From IMG/VR virus record IMGVR_UViG_3300046724_000456: DNA of 64,000 nt; one strand, 5' to 3'. This document shows, piece by piece, positions 1 to 9,747 of this stretch (its first letter is position 1; each line of letters starts with the position of its first letter). Made by a program: the position numbers and the translations under genes. This stretch comes from an uncultured virus (IMG/VR IMGVR_UViG_3300046724_000456) (lineage: Duplodnaviria; Heunggongvirae; Uroviricota; Caudoviricetes). A model generated the notes under the pieces. The model was not told the DNA's origin. It saw only the letters and a list, made by a program, of their open reading frames with translations, and did not search any database.

Positions 1-1
1 A

Positions 2-316
2 GCACTCGGGATCGACAAAAAGAGTCGCGAGGCTGGTGGATCTCACACCGTAGCGAGTTATGTGCAGACCCTGAAGGAGGCAGGTCACCGGATGGGTATA
101 CATATCTTCAAACGCACGAAGATGTACGAGCAGTTCGCGATGGATCTGCGCTGGCGGTTACGTCTTCTTCGCAACGGTGACGCCGAGGACAAGAAGTACC
201 ATGACGTCTCGCCGGAGAAAATTTGCACATGGGCTGAGGGGATTCTCGCGGAGATCGAGAATTTCGACAAGGAATTCGGGAAAGAACAAGCGAAGCTGTT
301 CGGAGGCAAACTATGA
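2..316 (+). CDS. 5'-truncated ORF, possible terminase small subunit
   Basis: The frame is open from the window start (ALGIDKKSREAGGSHTVASYVQTLKE...). It is helical and lies two genes upstream of the large terminase; assigned by position only. Confidence 0.35.
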   Translation, partial: ALGIDKKSREAGGSHTVASYVQTLKEAGHRMGIHIFKRTKMYEQFAMDLRWRLRLLRNGDAEDKKYHDVSPEKICTWAEGILAEIENFDKEFGKEQAKLFGGKL

Positions 317-930
317 GGAGGAGTTGGCTCAGGCGGGCGCTCGAATGGCTGTGTGTCACCGAGGTCATTGGCCAGGACGAGTGTCCACTGATGGAACGCT
401 GGGAGTTCCTCAAGATCGGACTGCCCGGCCGGGAGCCATGGTTCAAGGCGATGATCCACCGCTTCCCTCCGAACGTCACCGATCGAGATCCTCACGACCA
501 CCCGCGGCCTTTCGTCACCCTGATCCTCGCCGGCGGCTACCTCAACTCTGAGTGGACGAAACTGGTGCCGCCACTGGATCTCGGCGACCGGATGCAGGAG
601 TGGATGACCACCTTCGAGTGGCTCAGTCGCGGTGACCTTCGCTTTCGGCGGGCGAGGCACATGCACATCACCGAGACGAGTGAGCAGGGGGCCTGGACTC
701 TTGTTGTCATGGGGCCGATGGCTCGCAAATGGGGCTTCCTGCACGACGGCAAGTGGCTGCCGTGGAAGAAGTACGTCGAGCGCTACGGCGGGGTGGTGCG
801 GTGCGACACGGGTGAGCTGGACGAGAGCCAAGATGGTGAGTACCCGCCCTACACCGTCGCAAAGCACGACAGAGACCACAACTTCCGGGAGTACAAGGGA
901 ACGCCCCCGCCCTTCGATTTGCTCGGCTGA
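313..930 (+). CDS. Cupin-like (His-metal, double-stranded beta-helix) phage protein
   Basis: IHRF...DRDPHDHPRPFVTLILAGGY...RRARHMHI...AWTLVVMGP..RKWGF: HxH plus distal H pattern of cupin-fold proteins. Confidence 0.6.
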   Translation: MRRSWLRRALEWLCVTEVIGQDECPLMERWEFLKIGLPGREPWFKAMIHRFPPNVTDRDPHDHPRPFVTLILAGGYLNSEWTKLVPPLDLGDRMQEWMTTFEWLSRGDLRFRRARHMHITETSEQGAWTLVVMGPMARKWGFLHDGKWLPWKKYVERYGGVVRCDTGELDESQDGEYPPYTVAKHDRDHNFREYKGTPPPFDLLG

Positions 931-2645
931 TGGAGGTGAAGCTGGGCAACGTGGAGGGGATGGACACGAGTTTCGTGGGCGAGGGGGTCTGGGACCTTGA
1001 TGAAGACGATCTCCTCCTCTTCGCACTGCTCACCGATCCGATCTACGCCGCTGAGCTCCTCTGGCCGGAACCGAGCAACCGTGACTACGGTGGGCTCTAC
1101 AGGGTTCGCGACTACCAATATCCGCTGTGGCGACTCGACGATCCCTACGCCGGCTACGCCTGCGCGCGCGCGACCGGGAAGACCGAGTCGATCAAAGGCC
1201 ACGCCTTCTGTCACAGCTTCAGACGCATCAGCGAGAACATGCTGATCACCGCTCCCGAGCTGATCCACCTTCACCCACTCACCGACGCGATCGAGGAGCG
1301 CATCCGCGACACGCGCCTGACCAGGGATTTCCTTGACACCCGCGGTGGGCAGACCGGCTTCACACATCGTCCGTTTGGAGTGAACTTCCTGGACGGGACC
1401 AAGATCGTCGGCCGGATCCCTCGGCTGACCGGTACCGGAGTCAAGGGTCAGCACCAACCCGATCTCCGGGTCGAGGAGGCCCAGGACTATCCGGAGCGTG
1501 GTTGGACCGAGGTGCACGAGACGGTGAACAAGGACCACGTCGACGCCGACGGCAACCCTGACTTCACTTACTGGTTCTACGGTGTGCACTCGGGCGCGCG
1601 CGACTCAGGGTTCTTCAAACGCATCAACAAAGGCTCCTTTTCCCTGGTGACGATCACCAAGCTGCAGACCGAAAGCTGGTGTAAGGCAGAGAAGGAAGCT
1701 GCCGAAGCTGCATACGGCGGATCGAGCGCTCCCGACTATCGACGCAACATCCTGGGGGAGGCCGGCGCGGCGGCGAACCCGTTCTTCGTCATGTCGCGGT
1801 TGATGGCGGCGATCGACCAGGAGCGCGAGAGTGACTACAACAAACACGAGTACGTCGCCCAGACGCTGCGCGCCGAGGACATTGAGGATCTCGACATGGA
1901 CATGGCCGAGTTGCTGGACCTGCCCACGAGCTTCGGGACCGTCCATTGCGGGGCTGATATCGGCCTGACTCAGTCGCCGACGGTGATCACGGTCTTCTCC
2001 AAGGAGAAAGTCGCCGGCCGCGAACGGATCAAACTCATCCGGCGCTACATGATCGAGCGATTCCGCCCGAAGCAGATTCGCGAAGTGAACTACGCGCTCG
2101 CCTATCACTTCGGCAACAAGCTAACCAGCTACGGCATGGATGAGACGGGGTTGGGCCTGCCGATGTACCAGGAGATGGAGGACGACGAGAACGCACCACC
2201 CCGGCTACTCGATGTCAGCCGCGGCTACTTCTTCAACGCCAACGTGCCGGTCGCGATCGAGAAGGAGTTCGTGATCGAAGACTCCAAGGGGCAGATGCGA
2301 GACCAGTACGGCTCGGCGGTCAAGGAGGAGTACGACGAGCTCTCAGGAGAACGGCGGCTGGTGACGTTCATGCCAATGCTGGAGTCCTCCACTCGCTACG
2401 TGCGCAGTTGGATCGACACCGGCAAGCTGCTACTCCCATTCGATCCGGATCTGGTCTCCGACTTCCAAGGTGAGACCCATCAGCGCGTCAAAGCCGTCGG
2501 TCAGCGCGTCGGATCCCGCAACAAGGGAAACGCCTTCCACATTCTCGACTCGGTGCGCGCTGCAGCTCAAGCCGAGCACTCCGACAAGGTGGAGGCCGAA
2601 ATGGAAGGTGAGTTCGTCGAGGACGTGCTCGACTACGCGGGATGA
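930..2645 (+). CDS. terL: Terminase large subunit
   Basis: Walker A-like ARATGKT, Walker B-like LRVEEAQD, RNase H-like nuclease motifs CGADIG, GMDETGLG and HILDSVR; 571 aa, upstream of the portal. Confidence 0.88.
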   Translation: MEVKLGNVEGMDTSFVGEGVWDLDEDDLLLFALLTDPIYAAELLWPEPSNRDYGGLYRVRDYQYPLWRLDDPYAGYACARATGKTESIKGHAFCHSFRRISENMLITAPELIHLHPLTDAIEERIRDTRLTRDFLDTRGGQTGFTHRPFGVNFLDGTKIVGRIPRLTGTGVKGQHQPDLRVEEAQDYPERGWTEVHETVNKDHVDADGNPDFTYWFYGVHSGARDSGFFKRINKGSFSLVTITKLQTESWCKAEKEAAEAAYGGSSAPDYRRNILGEAGAAANPFFVMSRLMAAIDQERESDYNKHEYVAQTLRAEDIEDLDMDMAELLDLPTSFGTVHCGADIGLTQSPTVITVFSKEKVAGRERIKLIRRYMIERFRPKQIREVNYALAYHFGNKLTSYGMDETGLGLPMYQEMEDDENAPPRLLDVSRGYFFNANVPVAIEKEFVIEDSKGQMRDQYGSAVKEEYDELSGERRLVTFMPMLESSTRYVRSWIDTGKLLLPFDPDLVSDFQGETHQRVKAVGQRVGSRNKGNAFHILDSVRAAAQAEHSDKVEAEMEGEFVEDVLDYAG

Positions 2646-3046
2646 CCTACAAGGAAGTACAAGAGGTTGTTGAGGAAATCTCGAAACTTCACATGCCGGA
2701 GTGGAAAGATCACGGTGTCAAAGAGAAAATAGAAGCGCTCGAAGATCATCTGCTCGTCACCGCGCGCGGGCGAGGCATACTCGAAGAAGCGCGGCTAGGC
2801 TTGGAGGACGTCTACGAAGAAATCGACGTCAAGTGGAGGGCGCTGGAGGGCTGGGAAATGTACCTGCGCAACAAGCCCAAGAGCCAGGTCGAGATCGACG
2901 ACGCGAAAGCACAGGCCGACCCGGAGCTGCATTCCGAGCGCCGCCTGTGCATCAAACTGATGAGGCAGGTGGGCAACCAGATCCGTCGCTTGGAAAAAGA
3001 CGACGCCGCGGCGAGCCGGATGTACACCATGCTGACGGGAAGTTAG
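2642..3046 (+). CDS. Helical/coiled-coil hypothetical protein (weak UvsY-like resemblance)
   Basis: 134 aa, heptad-rich, ATGA overlap with terL. Confidence 0.55.
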   Translation: MTYKEVQEVVEEISKLHMPEWKDHGVKEKIEALEDHLLVTARGRGILEEARLGLEDVYEEIDVKWRALEGWEMYLRNKPKSQVEIDDAKAQADPELHSERRLCIKLMRQVGNQIRRLEKDDAAASRMYTMLTGS

Positions 3047-3198
3047 TGAGCTGACCCAGACCCCCGCTGAAGATTGGCTCGACCCCGGTCTGGTGGGTTG
3101 CCGAGCTTCTGTCGTGCCCTGTCCCCGCATATCCGCCAAGGCGTTCTCTGCGAGGGGGTCGTGGCGTCGTCGCCAGCTCGACTCGTACATTACACGAC

Positions 3199-3780
3199 AT
3201 GTACTCCGGAGTCCCCTGTTTCTGGGTAGAGCCCAACGGGAAAGCCGATCGGTCGCTGCGGCGCTACGGATCGGAGGGCTGTCCGCTGCGCGATGGGGGC
3301 TACCACAACGCGAGCGTGGGCATCGGCCAGTTCGACGTCGTCCGCAGCGAGCCGGACCCCGACAACGGCGTTCGCTACATCGCGTCGATTCCCGTCGACG
3401 AGTATCTGGGCGATCCCCGCTGGCCGACGCACTGCGAGTGCGGTTACGCCTTCCAGGTCGAGGACAAATGGCAGGCCAACCAGTTCGAGATCTATCAGGC
3501 CGAGGATGGCCGGCAGACCTACATCACCCAGGCCTTCGGCCACAAGCCGCTACCCGGGGCGATGTTCGACACCTTCTGGCGTCCCGAGCTCCGCAAAGAG
3601 GATGGCCTGGCGATCACTGCGATCTGCCCCAACAGCATGGACTGGTGCATCGACGCGGAGGCCACCGGCGGCGGCTTCTGGACCCGAGAGGGCACGCCGC
3701 CCAATCTGACGGTCTCCCCGTCGATCGTCGCCGGCGACTACCACGGGCACCTGCAGAACGGCGCGTTTACAGACGGGTAG
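3199..3780 (+). CDS. Cys/His-rich protein with DUF6527-like C-terminus
   Basis: C-terminal WTREGTPPNLTVSPSIVAGDYHGHLQNG resembles DUF6527 (recalled pattern); CECG motif; TACATT -10 hexamer 7 nt before the ATG. Confidence 0.55.
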   Translation: MYSGVPCFWVEPNGKADRSLRRYGSEGCPLRDGGYHNASVGIGQFDVVRSEPDPDNGVRYIASIPVDEYLGDPRWPTHCECGYAFQVEDKWQANQFEIYQAEDGRQTYITQAFGHKPLPGAMFDTFWRPELRKEDGLAITAICPNSMDWCIDAEATGGGFWTREGTPPNLTVSPSIVAGDYHGHLQNGAFTDG

Positions 3781-3944
3781 CGAGAGACGCGCCTCGTGCT
3801 CTCGCAAGTTGCGGAGCCGCGCTGCGTCTCTCTCGTCGGCCGAAGCTCCGGAGCCTTGACCACGGAGCGAGCCTTCGTGCCGAGCACCTTATCGCAGCGA
3901 TCCGATGCCTTAATCGGGGCCTGAGGGGTCTAGTCCGAGCCGGA

Positions 3945-3959
3945 TCGTAGATTAGGTCC
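3945..3959 (+). promoter_or_regulatory. TCGTAnATTA promoter motif before the portal gene (leaderless start); other copies at 3183, 6129, 8249, 13885
   Basis: TAGATT at 3948-3953 lies 6 nt before the ATG with no Shine-Dalgarno; the same motif recurs in front of or inside other structural genes. Confidence 0.65.
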
Positions 3960-6134
3960 ATGGATCTGGTTCTTCCGCCTGGCGTCTCGCCGGGCTTCCT
4001 TGACGGCGAGCCGGGGCCTGTGGGCGAGGGACCAGACGGCGTCGTCATCGACAACCAGACCGGCCTGCCCGACGACTTCATCGGCGACGCGACTCGGACG
4101 TTCATAGAGGAGAACTCATCTTTCGGGCCGCAGGTGATGGACTACCAGTTCTACAGCGGCGCGGGCTCGTCGATCATGACCAGGGCCGAGTTCCGGCAGC
4201 CGTCGACGGTCGTGGAGGAGATCCGCGTCGCCCGGCACCTGGCCGAGCGAGACGACGACGTCGCCGCGGTCATGGGCGAGATGATCGGCACCGCCTTCTC
4301 CGAAGGGCTCGAAACCCAGCACGCCGACGAGAAAACGAAAGCTCTCTTCTGCGCGATCAACGAGGAGATGGATATCGAGTCCGTGCTGTCGGAGATGTAC
4401 CGGGAGTGGCTGATCGCCGGCCAAGTGAACACGGCGATGCTGTTCAGCCGTACCAATCTCGAATATGAGATGAGCGAGGCGACCCGCACGCTCGAAGTGT
4501 CTGCCGCGGTGCCGAGGGTAGGTGTGTTGGCCTCAGAGAACATCCGGGTGTTGGGGAATGACACCTTCGGGACCGGCACCCTGGCCTACGACCCTGACAA
4601 TGCTCGACTGCTCAACTGGCTGAGGGAGTACTTCGACAAAGGCACCAGCGTCGCGCGCAAAGCCGAAATGGGCCGGCAAGATCGAGTTGCCGCGAACCTC
4701 TTCACCGGGATGACCTACGTCAACCCCTACGAAGTCGACATGCCATCTTCGACCACCGGTGTCCTCTTCTTCCTCAACCCGCAGATCGTTCAGCGCTCGA
4801 CGATGCCGAAGGGGTCCTGGCGCTACCCGCGGCCACTGCTCACCCGCAACTTCCCGCTCCTGGAGGCCAAGCGGCTGCTGAACATCATGGACTTCGCGCT
4901 CCTGCAGGGCGGCTCGAACTTCATCGTGGTGGCGAAGAAGGGCTCCGACAAACGGCCGGCCCGGCCCAACGAGGTGGCCAACCTTCGAGAGGTGATCCGC
5001 CGCTCCTCCAAAACTGGAGTGATCGTCGGCGACCACCGGCTCAGCTTCGAGATCATCACCCCCAAACTCGACGAGCTCCTGAACCCCACCAAGCGCCGGC
5101 TGATCGGCCGCAAACTGGTGATGGGCATGATGCGAGTCGCCGACCATGGCGACGACAAAGGCTCGGAAACGGCGAAGGCCGAGACGGAGACCTACGGACG
5201 TGTGATCTCGTGGGACCGTTCGGTACTGGCGCGGCACATGAAACGCAATGTGTACAAGGAGACAGTACGTAGGAACCCGAAACTCCTGAAAGGCCCAGCT
5301 TCACTGTGGTTCCCGAAAGTCATCCTGCAGGGCACCCAGTACTTCACCGACTTCGTCCTCAAACTCCGTGATCGTGGTGATATTCCACGCAAAGCGGCGG
5401 TGCAGGCGGCTGGCTTCGATTACGAGGCTGGGCTCGCGCAGCGCAAACGAGAGCTCGCCAACGGCGATGACGAGGTGCTGGTGCCGGGGATGGTGCCGCA
5501 CAGCTCGCCCGAACAGCCCGGCCAGCAGCCCTCGCCGAACGACAATGGCGGCGGTCGCCCGCGCGGGGGCGGACCCGAAGACAGCTTCCGCGGCAAACGG
5601 GTCATTGCCAAAAACGCCGGCGAGACGATCAAAGCGTGGCTCGACGAGGATCCGGAGATCAATCAGGTGGTGCGCATGGGCGAGATCACCTACGGGATGC
5701 TGGAGGAGTACTCAGAGCGCGACGTCGGCCGGATAACAGGCAACGAGCGCACCGCGCTGGATCTGACCGAGCCTACCCAGATCGCCACGACCCTCTACGT
5801 CCCGGTCAACCCGGGCTACTTGGTCAACGACGTGAAAGCGGTCAGGCTCACCGACGGGCTGTCGGCCCTGATCGGCACCGAGGTCGCCAGCGAGGCGATC
5901 GTCACCAAAGTGCTCTGCTTCCGCGAGCCGCAGTTCACCCTCAAAGAGGCCGAGGAGATGGCGCTGCGGTGGGGATTTGTCACGCGCGAGATGCCGGCAC
6001 TGCTTCCACCTGCTGACCCAGGCGAGACGGCTGCCGCCCCGGCCATGAACATCAACCTGAACCTGCCGGAGAACGTGATCAAGTACCTCGAAGGGTTGGC
6101 CGGCGGCAACGTCGACCCGCCGGGAGATTCGTAG
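3960..6134 (+). CDS. Portal protein with C-terminal extension
   Basis: 724 aa between terL and the protease; helical portal-like core followed by a Pro/Gly linker (PEQPGQQPSPNDNGGGRPRGGG) and ~170 extra residues. Confidence 0.75.
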   Translation: MDLVLPPGVSPGFLDGEPGPVGEGPDGVVIDNQTGLPDDFIGDATRTFIEENSSFGPQVMDYQFYSGAGSSIMTRAEFRQPSTVVEEIRVARHLAERDDDVAAVMGEMIGTAFSEGLETQHADEKTKALFCAINEEMDIESVLSEMYREWLIAGQVNTAMLFSRTNLEYEMSEATRTLEVSAAVPRVGVLASENIRVLGNDTFGTGTLAYDPDNARLLNWLREYFDKGTSVARKAEMGRQDRVAANLFTGMTYVNPYEVDMPSSTTGVLFFLNPQIVQRSTMPKGSWRYPRPLLTRNFPLLEAKRLLNIMDFALLQGGSNFIVVAKKGSDKRPARPNEVANLREVIRRSSKTGVIVGDHRLSFEIITPKLDELLNPTKRRLIGRKLVMGMMRVADHGDDKGSETAKAETETYGRVISWDRSVLARHMKRNVYKETVRRNPKLLKGPASLWFPKVILQGTQYFTDFVLKLRDRGDIPRKAAVQAAGFDYEAGLAQRKRELANGDDEVLVPGMVPHSSPEQPGQQPSPNDNGGGRPRGGGPEDSFRGKRVIAKNAGETIKAWLDEDPEINQVVRMGEITYGMLEEYSERDVGRITGNERTALDLTEPTQIATTLYVPVNPGYLVNDVKAVRLTDGLSALIGTEVASEAIVTKVLCFREPQFTLKEAEEMALRWGFVTREMPALLPPADPGETAAAPAMNINLNLPENVIKYLEGLAGGNVDPPGDS

Positions 6135-6143
6135 ATTACGACT

Positions 6144-7421
6144 ATGGACTCCGTCGGTTTCATCACCAATTTGAGAGGTGTCGAGGAGGTCCAGGCTCGG
6201 CGTCTTTTCGTCGATCACGATGAACGGATCGCAGCGGTGGAGGCCAGCGGCGGCGGCACTGCAGCGGCCGAAGTCAAAATCCTCAACCTGGGGACTAACT
6301 GGTCGGCTGGGGATCTCCTCGGAGCGCGCGTTGGTAGTCCGCCGGCGGCTCACAGGCTCGACATGCGCGATGGCACCGCGGCTTCGCCGGCGAAATCGGG
6401 GGTGAGCGCGAGTATCAGCCGAACCGATGCGACGAGCAGGGCCGAACTCAACGAAATGGGGCCGACCGGGACCGACGGACCCGACGGAGCTTCGGCGATG
6501 CGGATCTCGATCAAGGGCACGCCGGCATCACAGGTTCAGATCACCGCTTTGACCCTGCGCGCTTGGCAGACCGGAACAGAAAACGGCGGCGAAGTCAGCG
6601 CCGACGCCACGCCACTGATGTCGCTCTCCCGGGTTTCGGGCAGCGGCATGGGGCGCGCGATCGCAGCCTACTTCGAGACGGTACGAGAAACCGCGACATC
6701 CGGCGGTCAGCAAGGCCTGGAGATCCGGGTCAAGAACGAATCTGGCGAAAACGATGCCTACGTCGCCAACGGCGGATCGAAGTCGATGGGGCTGTGGATC
6801 TGCGCCAGCGGCCTCTCCCACGCGGCGGCGGCTGTCCAGGTCGGCCACAACTTCTCTCAGACCTTCGACGTCGGCTTCGCTGCCAACGAAGGCTCGATCG
6901 CCTCGGCCTTCTTGCGCGATGAGAGCGAAGCCTTGCGCTCGCTGTTCATCCGCGGCAAACACGAAAAAGGCGCGATCGTCGTCAACAAGGAAGCCGGCCA
7001 CGTCATCATCGGCCGAGAAGAAGCCCAGCAGGCGACGCCACTTTTCGAAGTCTATTCCGAAGCCGGGGTTGACCCGATCGTCAGCTTCGGCAGCGACAAA
7101 GGCGTCAGTCATCGCGCGCAGTTGATCCGCAACTCGACCGGCAACCTCGGCGCTTTCGCCTCGAATATCGAAAACGGATTCCTGACTGGCACCAAACAAG
7201 GCGACACCGGCCTCACCTTCACCGCGGGCAAGATCTTCCACATTGGTGCGGTCGGGAAAACCTCCCAGATCCGCATCGGTGAAGCCGCGATCGGCTTCTA
7301 CGGTGTCACTCCGGTGGCTCGCGCCGCCGCCATCACCACGCCGGAAGCCACTGCCGCTTCGCTGAAGATCGCTGTCGATGCAATCCGGGTCGCACTCACT
7401 AACATCGGGATCACCTCATGA
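6144..7421 (+). CDS. Probable virion fibre/spike (head-fibre-like)
   Basis: Gly/Ala/Ser-rich beta-type sequence ending IGFYGVTPVARAAAIT...AVDAIRVALTNIGITS; located inside the head module. Confidence 0.5.
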   Translation: MDSVGFITNLRGVEEVQARRLFVDHDERIAAVEASGGGTAAAEVKILNLGTNWSAGDLLGARVGSPPAAHRLDMRDGTAASPAKSGVSASISRTDATSRAELNEMGPTGTDGPDGASAMRISIKGTPASQVQITALTLRAWQTGTENGGEVSADATPLMSLSRVSGSGMGRAIAAYFETVRETATSGGQQGLEIRVKNESGENDAYVANGGSKSMGLWICASGLSHAAAAVQVGHNFSQTFDVGFAANEGSIASAFLRDESEALRSLFIRGKHEKGAIVVNKEAGHVIIGREEAQQATPLFEVYSEAGVDPIVSFGSDKGVSHRAQLIRNSTGNLGAFASNIENGFLTGTKQGDTGLTFTAGKIFHIGAVGKTSQIRIGEAAIGFYGVTPVARAAAITTPEATAASLKIAVDAIRVALTNIGITS

Positions 7422-7693
7422 GCCAACGAGCCAGCAAAAAACCCCGCCGGGCGCGCAAACCCAAGCCGAAAAAGCCAGGGGACATCCTCAAACCGGTGAA
7501 GATCACGGGGTGTGTGCTCTGGGGCGCTCGCTACAACGAGCACGGTGAGCAGATCGGCGAAGAGCCGATGACCAACCCCCAGGATCCATTCATCATCTGG
7601 GCTCCCAACTTCCCGAAACTGAAACAGACGATCGACCGCGAGCTCAAGGCGGCTGAAGCGGCAGAGGCTGCTCGAAAGGACGAGGATGGCTAA
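7418..7693 (+). CDS. Hypothetical protein, basic N-terminus
   Basis: 91-aa ORF overlapping both neighbours. Confidence 0.6.
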   Translation: MSQRASKKPRRARKPKPKKPGDILKPVKITGCVLWGARYNEHGEQIGEEPMTNPQDPFIIWAPNFPKLKQTIDRELKAAEAAEAARKDEDG

Positions 7694-9074
7694 GTTGAAG
7701 TCGACGGTTTTCGAGCGGGGTGATCGCCTCTACATCGTCTCGGAGGTGGCACCGATCCGGCCGACCGACGAGGAGATCGCCGAGTTCGCCTTCTCGCAGG
7801 AGCTGATGAAGCAGGCTCCCAACCCGGCGATCAAGTGGCTGCAGGGTCAGTACGTCGAGGCCGACAAGCCTAACCGCAACGGCCAGCAGTGGACTGAGGG
7901 CGAGGTGGCGATCAAGTCGCTGACGCCGATGTTCATGCCGGTGACGGTGATGCACGACACGCGCTCCGCCGTCGGCCTGATCGCCGACACCAGGCTCCAG
8001 CTCCCGGACACGGACGGTGTTCCACGTGCTCGGTTGGACAACACCTTGGCGATCTGGGGACATCGATTCCCAGAGGTCGCCGAAGAAATCGACATCAACT
8101 ACGAGAAGGGCTCGTTGATGCAGTCGATGGAGGCTCTGTCGCCGGCCTACGACTGCGGAGAGTGCGGCAAGACCTTCGCGAAGTTGCCCGGCGGAGCGGA
8201 GCGCGCCAACTGGTGTGAGCACCTCAAGGCCGGGGAAGGAACAGGCACTCGTATATTACGCAATGTCGTCTTCACGGGAACCGGACTCATCTTCGGAACT
8301 CAAGGTAAGACGGGGGCAAATCCCTCGGGACACCTAGAGGTTTTCCAGGAGGAGATCGCCGAGTTTCACGAGAGGGCTCATAAAGAGACTAGGCGAACCG
8401 GTAAGCGAAGCGACACACCAAAGCGAAGGAGAAAGACTTCAATGAGCGAGATCGAGATCAGCCACGACGAGTACGCAAGTCTCCGCGAGCGTCCCTCGAA
8501 AGAGGAGTTCGCCGCCGAGAAACAGCGTGCCGACAAGGCCACCGAGGATCTCGCGGAGGCGAACAAGAAGCTGGAGACGGCTGAGAACGCCCAGAAAAAG
8601 GCCGAGGAGGAGAAGGCCGAGGTCGACAAAAAGCTGAAGGAGGCCGAGGAGGAGAAGGCCGAGGTCACGCTTCGCGCAGAGCGGATCGGCAAGTTCGGCG
8701 ACGGCTTCATGCACAAACTCGGTGAGAACACCAAGAAGAACCTCACCGAGCAGGCCGGCACCATGGAGGAGGACGCCTGGGAGTCCAGGGTCGCCGAAGT
8801 GGAGGAGATGGCCGGCGTCAAGCGTGACGCCAAGCTCCAGAGCAAAAAAGGCGACGAGCCCGCCAAGAAAGAGGGCGACGACGCCGCAGAGACTTCTTCG
8901 AAGGAGAACGGCAAAACCGAGTTCTCCAGTGAGGAGCTGGCCTCCACCGTCGTTGTCGACGGCAACGAGGAGGAAGCCGGCGGCGGAGGCGGCAGCGGAG
9001 AGCCGTCAGTCAACCAGCGGAAGTCCGTGATGAGAGGTCTCATCCCGGGCCGAGAGCCGGCAAAGACCGAGTAG
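7686..9074 (+). CDS. Capsid maturation protease-scaffold fusion
   Basis: N-terminal globular domain (NRNG, VMHD, QSME, CGECG...WCEH) followed by a long Glu/Lys coiled coil; upstream of the decoration and capsid genes. Confidence 0.72.
   Translation: MAKLKSTVFERGDRLYIVSEVAPIRPTDEEIAEFAFSQELMKQAPNPAIKWLQGQYVEADKPNRNGQQWTEGEVAIKSLTPMFMPVTVMHDTRSAVGLIADTRLQLPDTDGVPRARLDNTLAIWGHRFPEVAEEIDINYEKGSLMQSMEALSPAYDCGECGKTFAKLPGGAERANWCEHLKAGEGTGTRILRNVVFTGTGLIFGTQGKTGANPSGHLEVFQEEIAEFHERAHKETRRTGKRSDTPKRRRKTSMSEIEISHDEYASLRERPSKEEFAAEKQRADKATEDLAEANKKLETAENAQKKAEEEKAEVDKKLKEAEEEKAEVTLRAERIGKFGDGFMHKLGENTKKNLTEQAGTMEEDAWESRVAEVEEMAGVKRDAKLQSKKGDEPAKKEGDDAAETSSKENGKTEFSSEELASTVVVDGNEEEAGGGGGSGEPSVNQRKSVMRGLIPGREPAKTE
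8442..9074 (+). CDS. Nested in-frame scaffolding protein
   Basis: AAGGAG at 8426-8431 precedes an in-frame ATG (MSEIEISHDEY...) where the coiled coil begins; promoter motif at 8244-8263. Confidence 0.6.
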   Translation: MSEIEISHDEYASLRERPSKEEFAAEKQRADKATEDLAEANKKLETAENAQKKAEEEKAEVDKKLKEAEEEKAEVTLRAERIGKFGDGFMHKLGENTKKNLTEQAGTMEEDAWESRVAEVEEMAGVKRDAKLQSKKGDEPAKKEGDDAAETSSKENGKTEFSSEELASTVVVDGNEEEAGGGGGSGEPSVNQRKSVMRGLIPGREPAKTE

Positions 9075-9101
9075 GCAAACGGAGACCAAGGAGAAAGTTT
9101 A

Positions 9102-9674
9102 ATGTCCTTCCTTACCGAAAATTCGGGCTCCTTCGAGCTTACGTCGGTCAAAAACCTGCCCAACGCGCAGGTCGCCCATCCGGGTGAGCACTGGTCCAAC
9201 CGCAAGGCCTCGGGCGCAATCGTCCCGGGTGCCGCGGTCGTGCCGCTGGCCTCGGGTTCCGCCCCGGACGCCACGATGGTGATGCGCCTGGCGAAATCGG
9301 GCGACGCCGTCAACCAGCTTGCCGTTGCCCTGCGCACGGTGCAGGTCCCCGACCCGAACAAGGGTCCCGGTTCACTCGGCCCGACCGAGATCATGAACCA
9401 GACCATCGCGTCGGGCGAGTACATCCACGCCCACTACACGGGCGTGCTGCGGCTCACCCTGATCGTCCCGGACACCTACACGCCCGGCGAACTGATCGGG
9501 TGGAAGGAAGCGGCGACGATGTCCGAAGGGAAGCTCGGCAAAGGTGCCTGGTCGAAGGACGCGAGCGCGGATGTGAAATCCGTCTTCGAGGTCATCGAGT
9601 GGGAGGAGGTCAACAAGACCACCCACGAAGGCATCCTGACCGTCCGATTCCTCCGCGGAGGCGGCGACGGCTAG
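9102..9674 (+). CDS. Head decoration/cement protein
   Basis: 190-aa beta-rich protein between scaffold and MCP; AAGGAG RBS. Confidence 0.6.
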   Translation: MSFLTENSGSFELTSVKNLPNAQVAHPGEHWSNRKASGAIVPGAAVVPLASGSAPDATMVMRLAKSGDAVNQLAVALRTVQVPDPNKGPGSLGPTEIMNQTIASGEYIHAHYTGVLRLTLIVPDTYTPGELIGWKEAATMSEGKLGKGAWSKDASADVKSVFEVIEWEEVNKTTHEGILTVRFLRGGGDG

Positions 9675-9747
9675 GGCCAGCGCAAGCTAGCTCAGGCAAG
9701 GTAAACCCCGACGTAACTCTCAACCAAGGACCAGGAGAAAGAAAAAC

